Shown in pieces: positions 8,013 to 16,856 of a stretch of 32,000 nucleotides of DNA. Below the pieces are notes generated by a model that was not told the origin of the DNA, did no database searches, and saw only the letters and a program-made list of their open reading frames with translations. The stretch is from Candidatus Scalindua sp. (lineage in GTDB: Bacteria; Planctomycetota; Brocadiia; Brocadiales; Scalinduaceae). A program made the position numbers and the translations under genes. The stretch spans positions 1,920,001 through 1,952,000 of the forward strand of contig JALDRA010000001.1 in NCBI GenBank assembly GCA_031316235.1. Direction: 5' to 3'. Position 1 is the stretch's first letter, and each line of letters starts with the position of its first letter.

Positions 8013-8858
8013 TCAATCTTCCATAAGTCTTAAATAGCTCTCAGCACACCCTTTTGCCAGGTTTCTTATCCTGCCAATGTATCTCGTTCGTTGTGCAACA
8101 CCGATTGATTTTCTGGCGTCTAACAAATTGAATGCATGTGAACACTTTAAGACATGATCGTAAGCGGGAAGGACATTCTCCTCTTTCAGCAAACGCTTGC
8201 ACTCCGTCTCATACATTTCAAACTGCCGTAAAAGCATCTCTGTATCCGCCATCTCAAAACAATATTTTGAGAATTGTATCTCATCTAAGCGGTGTACATC
8301 TCCATAGGTATACCCCTCCACCCACTCTAAATCAAATACCGACTCTTTTTCCTGGATAAACATCGCGATTCTTTCAAGACCGTACGTCAGCTCCAGAGAG
8401 ATAACGTCCAACTCTATTCCGCCTACCTGTTGAAAATAGGTAAATTGGGTTATCTCCATACCGTCAAGCCACACTTCCCACCCTAATCCTGTTGCACCCA
8501 ATGTTGGAGATTCCCAGTCGTCTTCCACAAAACGGACATCGTGCTGCACCAAGTCGATGCCAAGAAATCTTAAGCTGTTTAAATATAAATACTTAGAGTC
8601 TTCTGGTGCGGGTTTTATAACCACCTGGAACTGATAATAGTGCTGTAACCTGTTCGGGTTTTCACCATATCTCCCGTCAGTTGGTCTTCTGGAAGGTTCG
8701 ACATAGGCACATTTCCAGGGTTTTTTTCCAAGAACCCTCAAAAAAGTTGATGGATTAAAGGTACCAGCGCCTACCTCAATATCATATGGCTGCATGATAA
8801 CACAGCCCTTATCGGACCAATATTTTTGCAGATTAAGTATTATTTCCTGAAAATTCAT
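8013..8858 (-). CDS. glyQ: glycine--tRNA ligase alpha subunit
   Basis: Near full-length similarity to GlyQ ([54 protein letters not shown]). I prefer the ATG at 8858 (AAGGGG 9 nt upstream; typical MxFQ N-terminus). An alternative ATG lies at 8876. Confidence 0.93.
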   Translation of the reverse strand: MNFQEIILNLQKYWSDKGCVIMQPYDIEVGAGTFNPSTFLRVLGKKPWKCAYVEPSRRPTDGRYGENPNRLQHYYQFQVVIKPAPEDSKYLYLNSLRFLGIDLVQHDVRFVEDDWESPTLGATGLGWEVWLDGMEITQFTYFQQVGGIELDVISLELTYGLERIAMFIQEKESVFDLEWVEGYTYGDVHRLDEIQFSKYCFEMADTEMLLRQFEMYETECKRLLKEENVLPAYDHVLKCSHAFNLLDARKSIGVAQRTRYIGRIRNLAKGCAESYLRLMED

Positions 8859-8957
8859 ATTTTCACACCCCTTCATTTTTATACTATAGATTGTTCAAGC
8901 GTGAGAACTCATGCCAGGAAAAGGTATTCATGTCGTTGCTCACACCACGTATGCACA

Positions 8958-8988
8958 CTTCAGCATAATGAAACGCACTATGCTGAAG
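8958..8988. other. perfect 10-bp stem hairpin in the glyQ upstream region
   Basis: CTTCAGCATA (8958-8967) pairs with TATGCTGAAG (8979-8988), with an 11-nt loop. No flanking T-run on either strand. Confidence 0.5.
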
Positions 8989-9132
8989 CGTTACCATTCA
9001 AAATTGACAATGTTATGCAAGTTAATGAGTGCTTGAATGGAAATCTCGTTGTCAAGCCAATAGTGCCAGGAGAAAGGATGCGTCGATTTCACAGCGTGAA
9101 CGTTAATAAAGTACCGGAGGGTGACTGAATTA

Positions 9133-9260
9133 TTGCAGCCGTGAAGTAGATGGATATACTAAAACCGATTTGGTTTTCGGTTTTACCGGAAACCAAATCC
9201 TGGTGAAGGTATACTCACTCAATTTTGTCTCGGATTTTATCCGAAATCCAGTATGAGATA
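9133..9260 (+). repeat. promoter + structured-leader module, copy A (orphan, ATA in place of ATG)
   Basis: -35 TTGCAG (9133-9138), 16-nt spacer, -10 TATACT (9155-9160). Hairpin 1 at 9167-9199 has a 14-bp stem with one G-T pair and loop TTTTA. Linker CTGGTGAAGGTATACTCACTCAATTTTG. Hairpin 2 TCGGA-TTTTA-TCCGA at 9230-9244. GAG-ATA at 9255-9260. Confidence 0.7.
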
Positions 9261-9398
9261 AGTGTAGTTTTCGTTCAACCACATATGAGCAAAATTCACA
9301 TCCGGATAGGGAATCAGGAAGCTCAGCGGTGATACACACCAACTGTTTTCAAGATCCAGATCTCTTCCGCCCTGATTTACTCTGTTAAACAGCCATTC

Positions 9399-9887
9399 TC
9401 ATTTTCTCGCACAATCCTCAACATTTCCCTTTATCAGCTCCAATACATGGGGTATTGCCTTCAAAACAACATCGAGGCATTCAGCAACCGCCTTCGGGCT
9501 GCCGGGGAGATTGATGATCAAGCTCTCCTTGTATATGCCCGAGAGTGCTCGTGAACCTAAGGCCCTGGGCGTTATCTTAAAACTTTCAGCCCTCATCGCT
9601 TCTGAAAAACCCGGTAGCTCTTTTTCTATTACGTCCCTGGTCGCTTCAGGGGTAACATCCCTCGGGCTGACACCTGTACCTCCTGTAGTGAGCACCAAGT
9701 TCGCACCTTCTTCGGCCAGTCCCTTCAACCGTTGAGCAATTACGTCCCTCTCATCCGGAATGATCTCATACGCAATTACATCAGCCTGAATTTCTCCCAG
9801 TTTCTCCCTGATCACCTTGCCACTTTTGTCTTCTCTTTCACCACGCGAACCTTTGTCGCTTATGGTGAGTATCGCCGCTTTAATCAT
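9399..9887 (-). CDS. mog: molybdopterin adenylyltransferase / MoaB-Mog family protein
   Basis: MogA/MoaB fold motifs: ILTISDKGS, LVLTTGGTGVSPRDVTPEAT, PGFSEAMR and the PGSPKA-like segment. The start overlaps the stop of the upstream MOSC gene by 8 nt. Confidence 0.85.
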   Translation of the reverse strand: MIKAAILTISDKGSRGEREDKSGKVIREKLGEIQADVIAYEIIPDERDVIAQRLKGLAEEGANLVLTTGGTGVSPRDVTPEATRDVIEKELPGFSEAMRAESFKITPRALGSRALSGIYKESLIINLPGSPKAVAECLDVVLKAIPHVLELIKGNVEDCARK

Positions 9888-10317
9888 CTAAAACCTCAAT
9901 AGTATCATCTATCCTTATTACTCCTCCCTTTAAGACCTCCGCAAAAAGCCCTTCTCGTGGCATGATACAGTCTCCAACCTGATAATAAATATTACATCTG
10001 TCATGACACTCCTTACCAATCTGTGTTATTCTTATCATCACATCTCTATTTACCCTCAACATACTTCCAACCTTAAGCTTCGACAGATCGATACCTTCCG
10101 TCATCAAGTTCTCGCCAAAATCACCATCTTCAAGTTTAATGCCCTTATTCTCCATAACCCGTCTGCTTTCCCGTGACAGCAGGCTGATCTGCCTATGCCA
10201 GGAACCAGCGTGTGCGTCCCCTTCCAGTCCGTAATTTTCAACCAGGGTGCACTCACCAACGTCTCTTTTTTGAGTTCCCTTTTTCTTACTTATACAAATC
10301 GCAACGAGTTTACCCAT
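9880..10317 (-). CDS. MOSC domain-containing protein
   Basis: MGKLVAICISKKKGTQKRDVGECTLVENYGLEGDAHAG...RQISLLS is a typical MOSC N-terminus. I prefer the ATG at 10317; the longest ORF begins at 10347. Confidence 0.8.
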   Translation of the reverse strand: MGKLVAICISKKKGTQKRDVGECTLVENYGLEGDAHAGSWHRQISLLSRESRRVMENKGIKLEDGDFGENLMTEGIDLSKLKVGSMLRVNRDVMIRITQIGKECHDRCNIYYQVGDCIMPREGLFAEVLKGGVIRIDDTIEVLDD

Positions 10318-10362
10318 ATCCAATAAAAAAAACCTTTCAATACACATTACTTCGGTATAAAA

Positions 10363-10390
10363 ATTCTAATGTTTTATTCGTATGTGTCAA
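10363..10390 (-). promoter_or_regulatory. sigma70-type promoter for the MOSC-mog operon
   Basis: Minus strand TTGACA (10390-10385), 16-nt spacer, TAGAAT (10368-10363). This sits 40-45 nt upstream of the 10317 ATG. Confidence 0.45.
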
Positions 10391-10950
10391 GAAAGAAGAT
10401 AGTTTTGTTTGCGTCTTTATTCACTTTTATTATCAATGCAATAACCTGAACATACCATCCGCTTAATTCAAAGACATTACCTGTTTTCATTGGGGAAAAG
10501 AGCGGAAACAGATAATTGACACGAACTTTGCCACTTAAATATCAGAAGGTACGATAATAATTTATACCCGTTCTAGTTATATGCAGGATTTGAAAAAACG
10601 AAAAGAAAGTATATTGAAAGCAAAAATATGTTTTGAAATAATCGATTGATGGTATGGGTCACCGTGATTTTATATTATCTCATTCATGTTATCATCTGGC
10701 TAACAGGTTCCGCTGATTGATTTTCCTCTAACTCTTAAATACTATTGAGCCACACCTTCTAACTCCGGATACCTGTCTTCTTCCCTGTACACCCCGCATG
10801 TTTTTTGGTATAAAGGTAACATGACATTACAGAGCTGGAAAAAGGTCAAAGATTTCTCCAACTCAGATATTAATCGGGTAGTTTGCATTATGCCTTGCCT
10901 TAATATCCCTTTTTATATATTTATACTAATCCTGCTCCACAAACAGAACT

Positions 10951-13119
10951 CTATATTCCAAGTTTCCTGTTAAAAGCAGATTGGTTTGTATTCCGCCCCA
11001 GAAATCCCCTGACCGATTCACTCACATCACGGCTTGAACCCTTTTCATAAACTTCCTGGCGAAGTCTTAATCCAATTGCGGGGTTTAAAAAGCCTCTTTC
11101 CGATGTTTTAAAGAGAGAGGCCATATCGGCAGCTAAACTATCCGCCCATACATATCCATAATATCTTCCATCATAGCCGATAAAAGGATGTTTAAAATTG
11201 GCAATAAAACTGCTTCCTTCAGGATAAGGAAGATAGACATTTTTGATAATGGTATTGGTGAAATCAACAATATCAAAATTCTCAAAATCTGTCTCTTTTT
11301 CTAGCATGGATAACTCTAAATCCAACATTCCCAACATTATTTGAATTCGGTATTTCTGTCCAAGGGTGGACTTTTCTGCTTTAAGTATATTGTTTAACGT
11401 TTCCTGAGAAATTTTCTCCTCCGGGTTTTTGTAATTTTTAGCAAAAGTGTCGAGAACCCTTTTATCTCCAATAAAATATTCAAGCATCTGTGAAGGTGCT
11501 TCTACAAAATCTCGCGGAACCGCTGTGCCGGAAAACTTATAAAATCTTGTTTCCGTTAAAATAGAATGCAATCCATGACCGAATTCATGAAAGAGTGTTT
11601 TTACATTTTTCCATGACAGGAGAGAGGGTGAATTTTTGGATGGAGCAGCAAAGTTGCAAATTAACGCCCCTACCGGCCGCTGATATGTCCCATTTTTTAA
11701 TAGTTTTCCCTTAATGATCGAATGATGACTGAAAGAATTATACTTTCCTTTTCTTGAGAACATGTCAAGATAAAGAAAACCCAGTGGTTTACCCGTTTGC
11801 GAATCAGATATTTTTAATAGCTGGAGAGTTGGATGCCACTTATAGGGGATATCCTTGATCTTTTTTATTTTCAGGTGAAAAACCTGCTCAAAACAGGTAA
11901 TCATCCCGGCAAGTGTATTTTCATATTCGAAATACTCCTTTAACTTATCATAATCTATCTTGAATTTCGTTTTAAGGTATTTTGCTTGATAATAGGGTAT
12001 ATCCCATGAGTTAATTTTCGAATCTTCGTTACCAGTCTCTGCAATCTTAATTTTACATAACTCCGCTATCTCATTCTGAAACTTTTCTTCTGTACTCTTT
12101 AATAAGTCTTCCTGAAATTTTATGACCGTTTCTGCATTTTTGGCCATACCTTCCTCAATTTGGTAATCCGCCCATGACGCATAACCAAGCAGGTTTGCAA
12201 TTTTTGTTCTCTTTTTTAATACCTGGATCTGCAGGTCAATATTTTTATCTCTGGCTCTTTCTCGAGAAACTCGAAAAATATGCTTACGCAATGCTTCGTT
12301 GGGAGAATTTCTTACAATTGCCAGGCGTTCGTCCCTGATTCCTTTAGAAACCAGATACTTTCCATTTTTCCTTTGAATAGTTTTTAAGATTTCCGGATCT
12401 ATATCTTCAACAGCGGTTTTTTCTATTTCAATTACCTCGTCTCCGGCCTGGTTAATATTCGAAATGATCTCCTGGCTCAGTTGATAAATCTCAACCTTGA
12501 ATTTTTTTATCAGTTCTAACTGATTATCATTCAAGTGAAAACCCATTCGCTTAAATTCTCGAATTGTTTCATCAAGCATTCTTCTTTCTTCTCCCTGGAG
12601 TGTTAAAGCCTGTGCAGATTTTGAATACCGCTTCACCATCTCGTATATATCTTTTTGCGTTTCAAAGTTTATTAACCATCTATTGATACTATTGAGCAGC
12701 TCTTTGGCCTTATGCTGTAATTCCTCATGAGTCGAGGTCTTTTTAATTACCGATAGACGTCCGTTGAGTTTTGAAATTTCATATTTAATATCATCTATCA
12801 TTCCCAAGGTGTTTTGAAAAGTGAGTAAACCGTGAAAGTTCTTTTTTAAATGGTGAACATCGTTGTCTAATTTAGCCAGAGTAGAATTAACCGACTCTTC
12901 TAATTCATCGGGGGTGGTTTCAAAATAGGGTAGCTGCAAAACATTATCAATTGTTTCAGCATTGGTACTCTCCGGACAAACCAACTCAATCATGCAGAAC
13001 ATCAACACAACAGAAATAATTACAGGATTAGAGAAATACCGTTTTCCCATAATTCTAATAAAGGATAACGAGACAAAATTATGAAACATCTTGATTGGTG
13101 AATTCACGTTATTAACCAC
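10951..13119 (-). CDS. M3 family metallopeptidase (oligopeptidase A / Dcp / thimet-like), secreted
   Basis: Zinc motif HEFGHGLH with a downstream E (FVEAPSQ). ~700 aa, the length typical of M3A. Hydrophobic signal sequence. The longest ORF starts at a GTG (13119); alternative ATGs lie at 13089 and 13050. Confidence 0.85.
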   Translation of the reverse strand: MVNNVNSPIKMFHNFVSLSFIRIMGKRYFSNPVIISVVLMFCMIELVCPESTNAETIDNVLQLPYFETTPDELEESVNSTLAKLDNDVHHLKKNFHGLLTFQNTLGMIDDIKYEISKLNGRLSVIKKTSTHEELQHKAKELLNSINRWLINFETQKDIYEMVKRYSKSAQALTLQGEERRMLDETIREFKRMGFHLNDNQLELIKKFKVEIYQLSQEIISNINQAGDEVIEIEKTAVEDIDPEILKTIQRKNGKYLVSKGIRDERLAIVRNSPNEALRKHIFRVSRERARDKNIDLQIQVLKKRTKIANLLGYASWADYQIEEGMAKNAETVIKFQEDLLKSTEEKFQNEIAELCKIKIAETGNEDSKINSWDIPYYQAKYLKTKFKIDYDKLKEYFEYENTLAGMITCFEQVFHLKIKKIKDIPYKWHPTLQLLKISDSQTGKPLGFLYLDMFSRKGKYNSFSHHSIIKGKLLKNGTYQRPVGALICNFAAPSKNSPSLLSWKNVKTLFHEFGHGLHSILTETRFYKFSGTAVPRDFVEAPSQMLEYFIGDKRVLDTFAKNYKNPEEKISQETLNNILKAEKSTLGQKYRIQIMLGMLDLELSMLEKETDFENFDIVDFTNTIIKNVYLPYPEGSSFIANFKHPFIGYDGRYYGYVWADSLAADMASLFKTSERGFLNPAIGLRLRQEVYEKGSSRDVSESVRGFLGRNTNQSAFNRKLGI

Positions 13120-13297
13120 TCTTTCTGTTTTTTACATTTTTGTTATTCATACAGCAATAACGATGGTTATATTTTTCTGTTTAACAAACAATTAAAACTC
13201 TCAGAAATGATTTCAGATACATGGACACGAGATGGGAAGATAAACGTATTTGACAGTGAACATCACCTGTGGGATACTGCGTTGATTATTATATAAG

Positions 13298-13333
13298 ACC
13301 CTGTTCTGATCAGGGTGCTTTACTTACACCCTG
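13298..13333. other. three-arm alternative hairpin just downstream of the LysM gene stop
   Basis: ACCCTG (13298-13303), CAGGGTG (13311-13317) and CACCCTG (13327-13333). The middle arm can pair with either flank. It begins 5 nt after the LysM stop codon on the minus strand, and no clear U-tract follows. Confidence 0.35.
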
Positions 13334-13338
13334 ATATT

Positions 13339-13719
13339 TTAGGTTGAAATATCAGGGATTAAAATTTCTTGTCCCACTTTCAGGGAATTTGGATCTGTGA
13401 TTATATTTTTGTTTGCGTCGTATATCTTTCCCCATTTTGCTGCATCTCCATAATACCTGGTTGAAATTTTTGAGAGGTTTTCGTTCGAAGAGATCTTATG
13501 AATAATTTTTTTCTCTGAAGTAAAGGAAGTTACCAGCCTTCCCTCTTTTGTTTGTCTCGGCTTCACCGGTAAATCTTCAATTTTCAAAAAATTCTTTTTT
13601 GAAACAGCAAATTTTACCATTTTATTCTCATTTAACGATGTCCTCGTGCTGACAAACACACCTATCAGCACAAGTATTACGATACCAAGTAACAGCCCTG
13701 TTTGTTCTGAGAGTCTCAT
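13339..13719 (-). CDS. LysM domain-containing membrane-anchored protein
   Basis: N-terminal TM helix (LLLGIVILVLIGVFV). C-terminal LysM: HKISSNENLSKISTRYYGDAAKWGKIYDANKNIITDPNSLKVGQEILIP. Confidence 0.85.
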   Translation of the reverse strand: MRLSEQTGLLLGIVILVLIGVFVSTRTSLNENKMVKFAVSKKNFLKIEDLPVKPRQTKEGRLVTSFTSEKKIIHKISSNENLSKISTRYYGDAAKWGKIYDANKNIITDPNSLKVGQEILIPDIST

Positions 13720-14370
13720 GATATTTACTTCCCCTGGTGAGTAATGTCAATCTGCACGTTTGAAATTCAAAGAGAGACTCTCTGTAATAAATATCCTTAA
13801 TTTTCGTTAAACTGGTCATCTCTTTTACTCTGAAAAAATGAGTATGCAATTTGCAAGACCATCCTTTCACATCTTGATAAATCAGCAATAAACGTACCAA
13901 ATAGCTGAATATGTGAGGTTACCAAGTTTCATATCGAACATAAGTAATTGAACTGGAACCCGATAGTTAAATGAAAGCTGTCATGATACAAGGTGTACTA
14001 ATTTTATAACTGTTAGTAAATAAATTACTTGAGTATTACTGAATCTTTACTGCAACGTGGTAGAAAGGTAGTTTTTGCTCAACTATTCACCAGGTTCTCT
14101 AAATCAGATTATTGAATTTTTTTGATATATAATCCAAATGAAATCGGGATGATAAGCCACCACCAGTGAATAAATAATCAACACTGTGTTTAATATTACA
14201 ACTGGTGTAAAAATGTTGTACCTGTTTTCAAGGAGCAACTTCTGAGAAAAATTCTTGAATTTTAATAATTATTTCACTATCCTTGCTCTGTTTATACTCA
14301 TCTTTTATTAGTTTAAGGTAAAGAAAACAATATTCTAATCGTCATAATCGAAAATCAGGAAATTACTCAG

Positions 14371-15084
14371 ATGATGCACCAAACAGTGGAAGAGATTGAA
14401 GCACTCTTTTCAAAATGCGGAGGAGAGTTTCTCACACCTGCCGTAAAAATCATGGAAAAACTCAGGTATGTAAAAGCCTACCTTTTTGACTGGGACGGCG
14501 TTTTTAATCCCGGTATTAAGGGTGACGAAATCAAAAGTACTTTTGCAGAACCCGACGCAATGGGCTCAAACCTCCTGAGATTTGGCCACTGGCTGAAATT
14601 TAAGGAGCTTCCTTTGTTCGGAATTATCACTGCCATGAACAACAAGTCCGCTTTCCAGCTCTCAGAGAGAGAACATTTTCATCTCGTATATTCCCGTCTT
14701 CTGAATAAAGTTAAAGCACTTGAGCACATTGAAAACAGATACGGCATTAACAGACAACAGGTGGTTTTTGTTTTTGATGATGTTCTTGATCTGTCAATCG
14801 CCCAGACCTGCGGGTTGCGATTTTTGGTAAAGAGGACAGGTAGCCCCCTTTTTGAAGAGTATGTAAGAAAAAAAGGGCTGTGTGATTACGTCTGCACCAA
14901 TAACGGTTCAGGTTATGCGGTAAGAGAAATTTGCGAACTAATCCTGGGGCTTTTAAGCATTTATTCTCAAACGGTTGATGAGCGGGTCAAATTTTCTTCT
15001 CTTTACGAAACGTATCTTTCAGAAAGAAACTCTCTGGTTACAACTTTTTATACAATGAAGGATGAAATTATTCAAGAGGAATAG
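14371..15084 (+). CDS. HAD-superfamily phosphatase, KdsC-like (subfamily IIIA)
   Basis: Motif I LFDWDGVF and motif IV-like FVFDDVLDL, with an overall KdsC-like arrangement. A ~40-aa N-terminal extension makes the assignment tentative. Confidence 0.5.
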   Translation: MMHQTVEEIEALFSKCGGEFLTPAVKIMEKLRYVKAYLFDWDGVFNPGIKGDEIKSTFAEPDAMGSNLLRFGHWLKFKELPLFGIITAMNNKSAFQLSEREHFHLVYSRLLNKVKALEHIENRYGINRQQVVFVFDDVLDLSIAQTCGLRFLVKRTGSPLFEEYVRKKGLCDYVCTNNGSGYAVREICELILGLLSIYSQTVDERVKFSSLYETYLSERNSLVTTFYTMKDEIIQEE

Positions 15085-15199
15085 TAGTCTTGATCTGTCA
15101 AGATACTCGATTGCACCGAGATAAATTTTTTTTAGTGTCTTTGTTTTATCATGGCAGGAAAGATCGATTCATTGTTCACTTTTTCGAAAGGAATACCTT

Positions 15200-15754
15200 A
15201 TGTCAAAACATGTGCTGGTTCCAATAGCGGATGGGAGTGAAGAGATTGAAACTGCTTGTATTGTTGATGTTTTACGGCGTGCTGGTGCCACTGTTACCGT
15301 TGCATCGGTCGGGAAATTGCAGGTTACTGGATCGAGAGATATGAAATTTATCGCTGATCGTTTATTACCAGAATGCGTTGATGATATGTATGATCTGATA
15401 GTTTTGCCGGGTGGCATGCCGGGAGCAGAACATCTACGTGATTCGAAAGAATTAACGGAATTATTGAAACGTCAAAATCAGGACAAAAGATTGTATGCGG
15501 CCATATGTGCCTCTCCTGCGGTAGTCTTACAGTATCACGGCCTCTTAGATAAACGTAAGGCAACTGCATATCCAGGCTTTACCGACCTTCTTGAAAATAC
15601 TGAAGCGATAGATTCACGGGTAGTGGTGGATGGCAACTGTATCACCAGCCGTGCTCCGGGAACCGCTATGGAGTTTTCCTTAACATTAGTTGACATTCTC
15701 TATGGAGAACAAAAAGCAAAAGAGATTGCGCAATCCATGCTCGTTGAGTGGTAA
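15200..15754 (+). CDS. DJ-1/PfpI (YajL/ThiJ-like) family protein
   Basis: Nucleophile elbow AAICASPAVVL, LPGGMPGAEHL, ITSRAPGTAMEFSL. AAAGGA Shine-Dalgarno 9 nt upstream. Confidence 0.9.
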   Translation: MSKHVLVPIADGSEEIETACIVDVLRRAGATVTVASVGKLQVTGSRDMKFIADRLLPECVDDMYDLIVLPGGMPGAEHLRDSKELTELLKRQNQDKRLYAAICASPAVVLQYHGLLDKRKATAYPGFTDLLENTEAIDSRVVVDGNCITSRAPGTAMEFSLTLVDILYGEQKAKEIAQSMLVEW

Positions 15755-15769
15755 AAGTACATACAATTT

Positions 15770-15851
15770 CATCATACAGACTCGCTCAATTTTATCTCGG
15801 ATTTTATCCGAAATCCAGTATGAGATGAGTATATCTTTTTTTTCTGAATAG
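15770..15851 (+). repeat. promoter + structured-leader module, copy B (truncated: hairpin 2 + ATG + 8-codon ORF)
   Basis: ACAGACTCGCTCAATTTTATC-TCGGA-TTTTA-TCCGA-AATCCAGTATGAG-ATG (hairpin 2 at 15797-15811; ATG at 15825). About 50 nt match copy A with 3 mismatches. Then ATG AGT ATA TCT TTT TTT TCT GAA TAG (MSISFFSE*), which contains a T8 run at 15836-15843. Confidence 0.7.
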
Positions 15852-15925
15852 AGAGCCGGTCGGCACAGACGTTGCCTTATCTTTTGACCGAAAAGTGATA
15901 AATCAGAGCAGCGTATCATAAAAAA

Positions 15926-16678
15926 ATGAATCTCACAATCCTTGGCTCAGGAACCAGCATTGTAACACCAAGGAGGGGGCCATCCGGCTACCTGCTCCGC
16001 ATTAACGATAAAAATCTACTAGTAGACAGTGGTTCCGGTTCCCTGAGGAAGCTGGTTGAGTCTTCGGTAAATATTGCTGAAATAGATTATGCTGTTTACA
16101 CCCATTTCCATCCAGACCACATTATAGATATGGTTTCGCTCCTCTTTGCTTTTATGATACCTGGAAAACATAAACCGAAAAATCTTACCCTTATCGGACC
16201 AACCGGTATGAGAGATTTTTATCAAAATCTCTCTAAAAATTTTAATAATTTACTTGAACCAAAGGGATATAATCTGCTTATCAGAGAACTGACCGACTGC
16301 TCTGGAAACTTTGAGGATTTTAAGATCATATCAAAAAGGGTTAACCATACTGACAACAGTGTTGCATACCGGTTTGAGGCCGGAAGCGGGAAATCGCTGG
16401 TATATTCAGGAGATACAGACTATTGCAAAAATATCGTTAATCTGGCCAAAGATGCTGATGCGCTGCTGCTTGAGTGTTCTCATCCAAAACATATGAAAGT
16501 AGAAGGTCACCTGAACTCATCTCTTGCAGGAAGGATCGCAAGGGAGTCACATTGCAGAAAACTGATATTAACACATTTTTATCCAATCTGCGATCAATAT
16601 GACATTTTTGGACAATGTAAGGAGAATTTTGGAGGTGAGATAATAATAGCAGAAGACTTAATGACGGTTAAAATTTAA
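15926..16678 (+). CDS. MBL-fold metallo-hydrolase (RNase Z / beta-lactamase-like)
   Basis: Metal motif HFHPDH, plus downstream H (VNHTD), D (SGDTD) and H (LTHF) ligands. 250 aa. Confidence 0.85.
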   Translation: MNLTILGSGTSIVTPRRGPSGYLLRINDKNLLVDSGSGSLRKLVESSVNIAEIDYAVYTHFHPDHIIDMVSLLFAFMIPGKHKPKNLTLIGPTGMRDFYQNLSKNFNNLLEPKGYNLLIRELTDCSGNFEDFKIISKRVNHTDNSVAYRFEAGSGKSLVYSGDTDYCKNIVNLAKDADALLLECSHPKHMKVEGHLNSSLAGRIARESHCRKLILTHFYPICDQYDIFGQCKENFGGEIIIAEDLMTVKI

Positions 16679-16762
16679 GTATTCGCCTCCCTCTGCTTTA
16701 AACACCTCAAAACACATTACCAACCTTTAGAATTTTTACTTGATTAATCTGAAAATGTTTTG

Positions 16763-16791
16763 TTTACATTATGTGTTCATTCTTGTAGAAT
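16763..16791 (+). promoter_or_regulatory. sigma70-type promoter upstream of the FdhA-like gene
   Basis: TTTACA (16763-16768), 17-nt spacer, TAGAAT (16786-16791). This sits 65 nt upstream of the ATG. Confidence 0.4.
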
Positions 16792-16856
16792 TTACCTTTT
16801 ATATTTTCTATATATATTTTGATAATATTTAAACCTGTAAAGGATTTTTCTTTAAT

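Noticed and set aside
8826-9342. ORFs 8826-9128 (+) and 9130-9342 (-) in the glyQ-mog spacer, and 15686-15919 (-) between DJ-1 and the MBL gene
   Set aside because: They have no motifs. The two minus-strand ORFs cross the repeated leader element in different frames, so the conservation is at the nucleotide/structure level, not the protein level.
10348-10560. Looked for a Moco riboswitch upstream of the MOSC-mog operon
   Set aside because: The predicted promoter (TTGACA-16-TAGAAT at 10363-10390) leaves a leader of only ~40 nt. I could not find the conserved Moco-motif helices or cores by eye.
13628-13900. 90-aa ORF overlapping the 5' end of the LysM gene on the same strand
   Set aside because: It overlaps the LysM gene out of frame, has no motifs, and starts at a non-ATG codon. 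The 650-bp spacer at 13720-14370 showed no tRNA, tmRNA, SRP or RNase P hallmarks that I could recognise.
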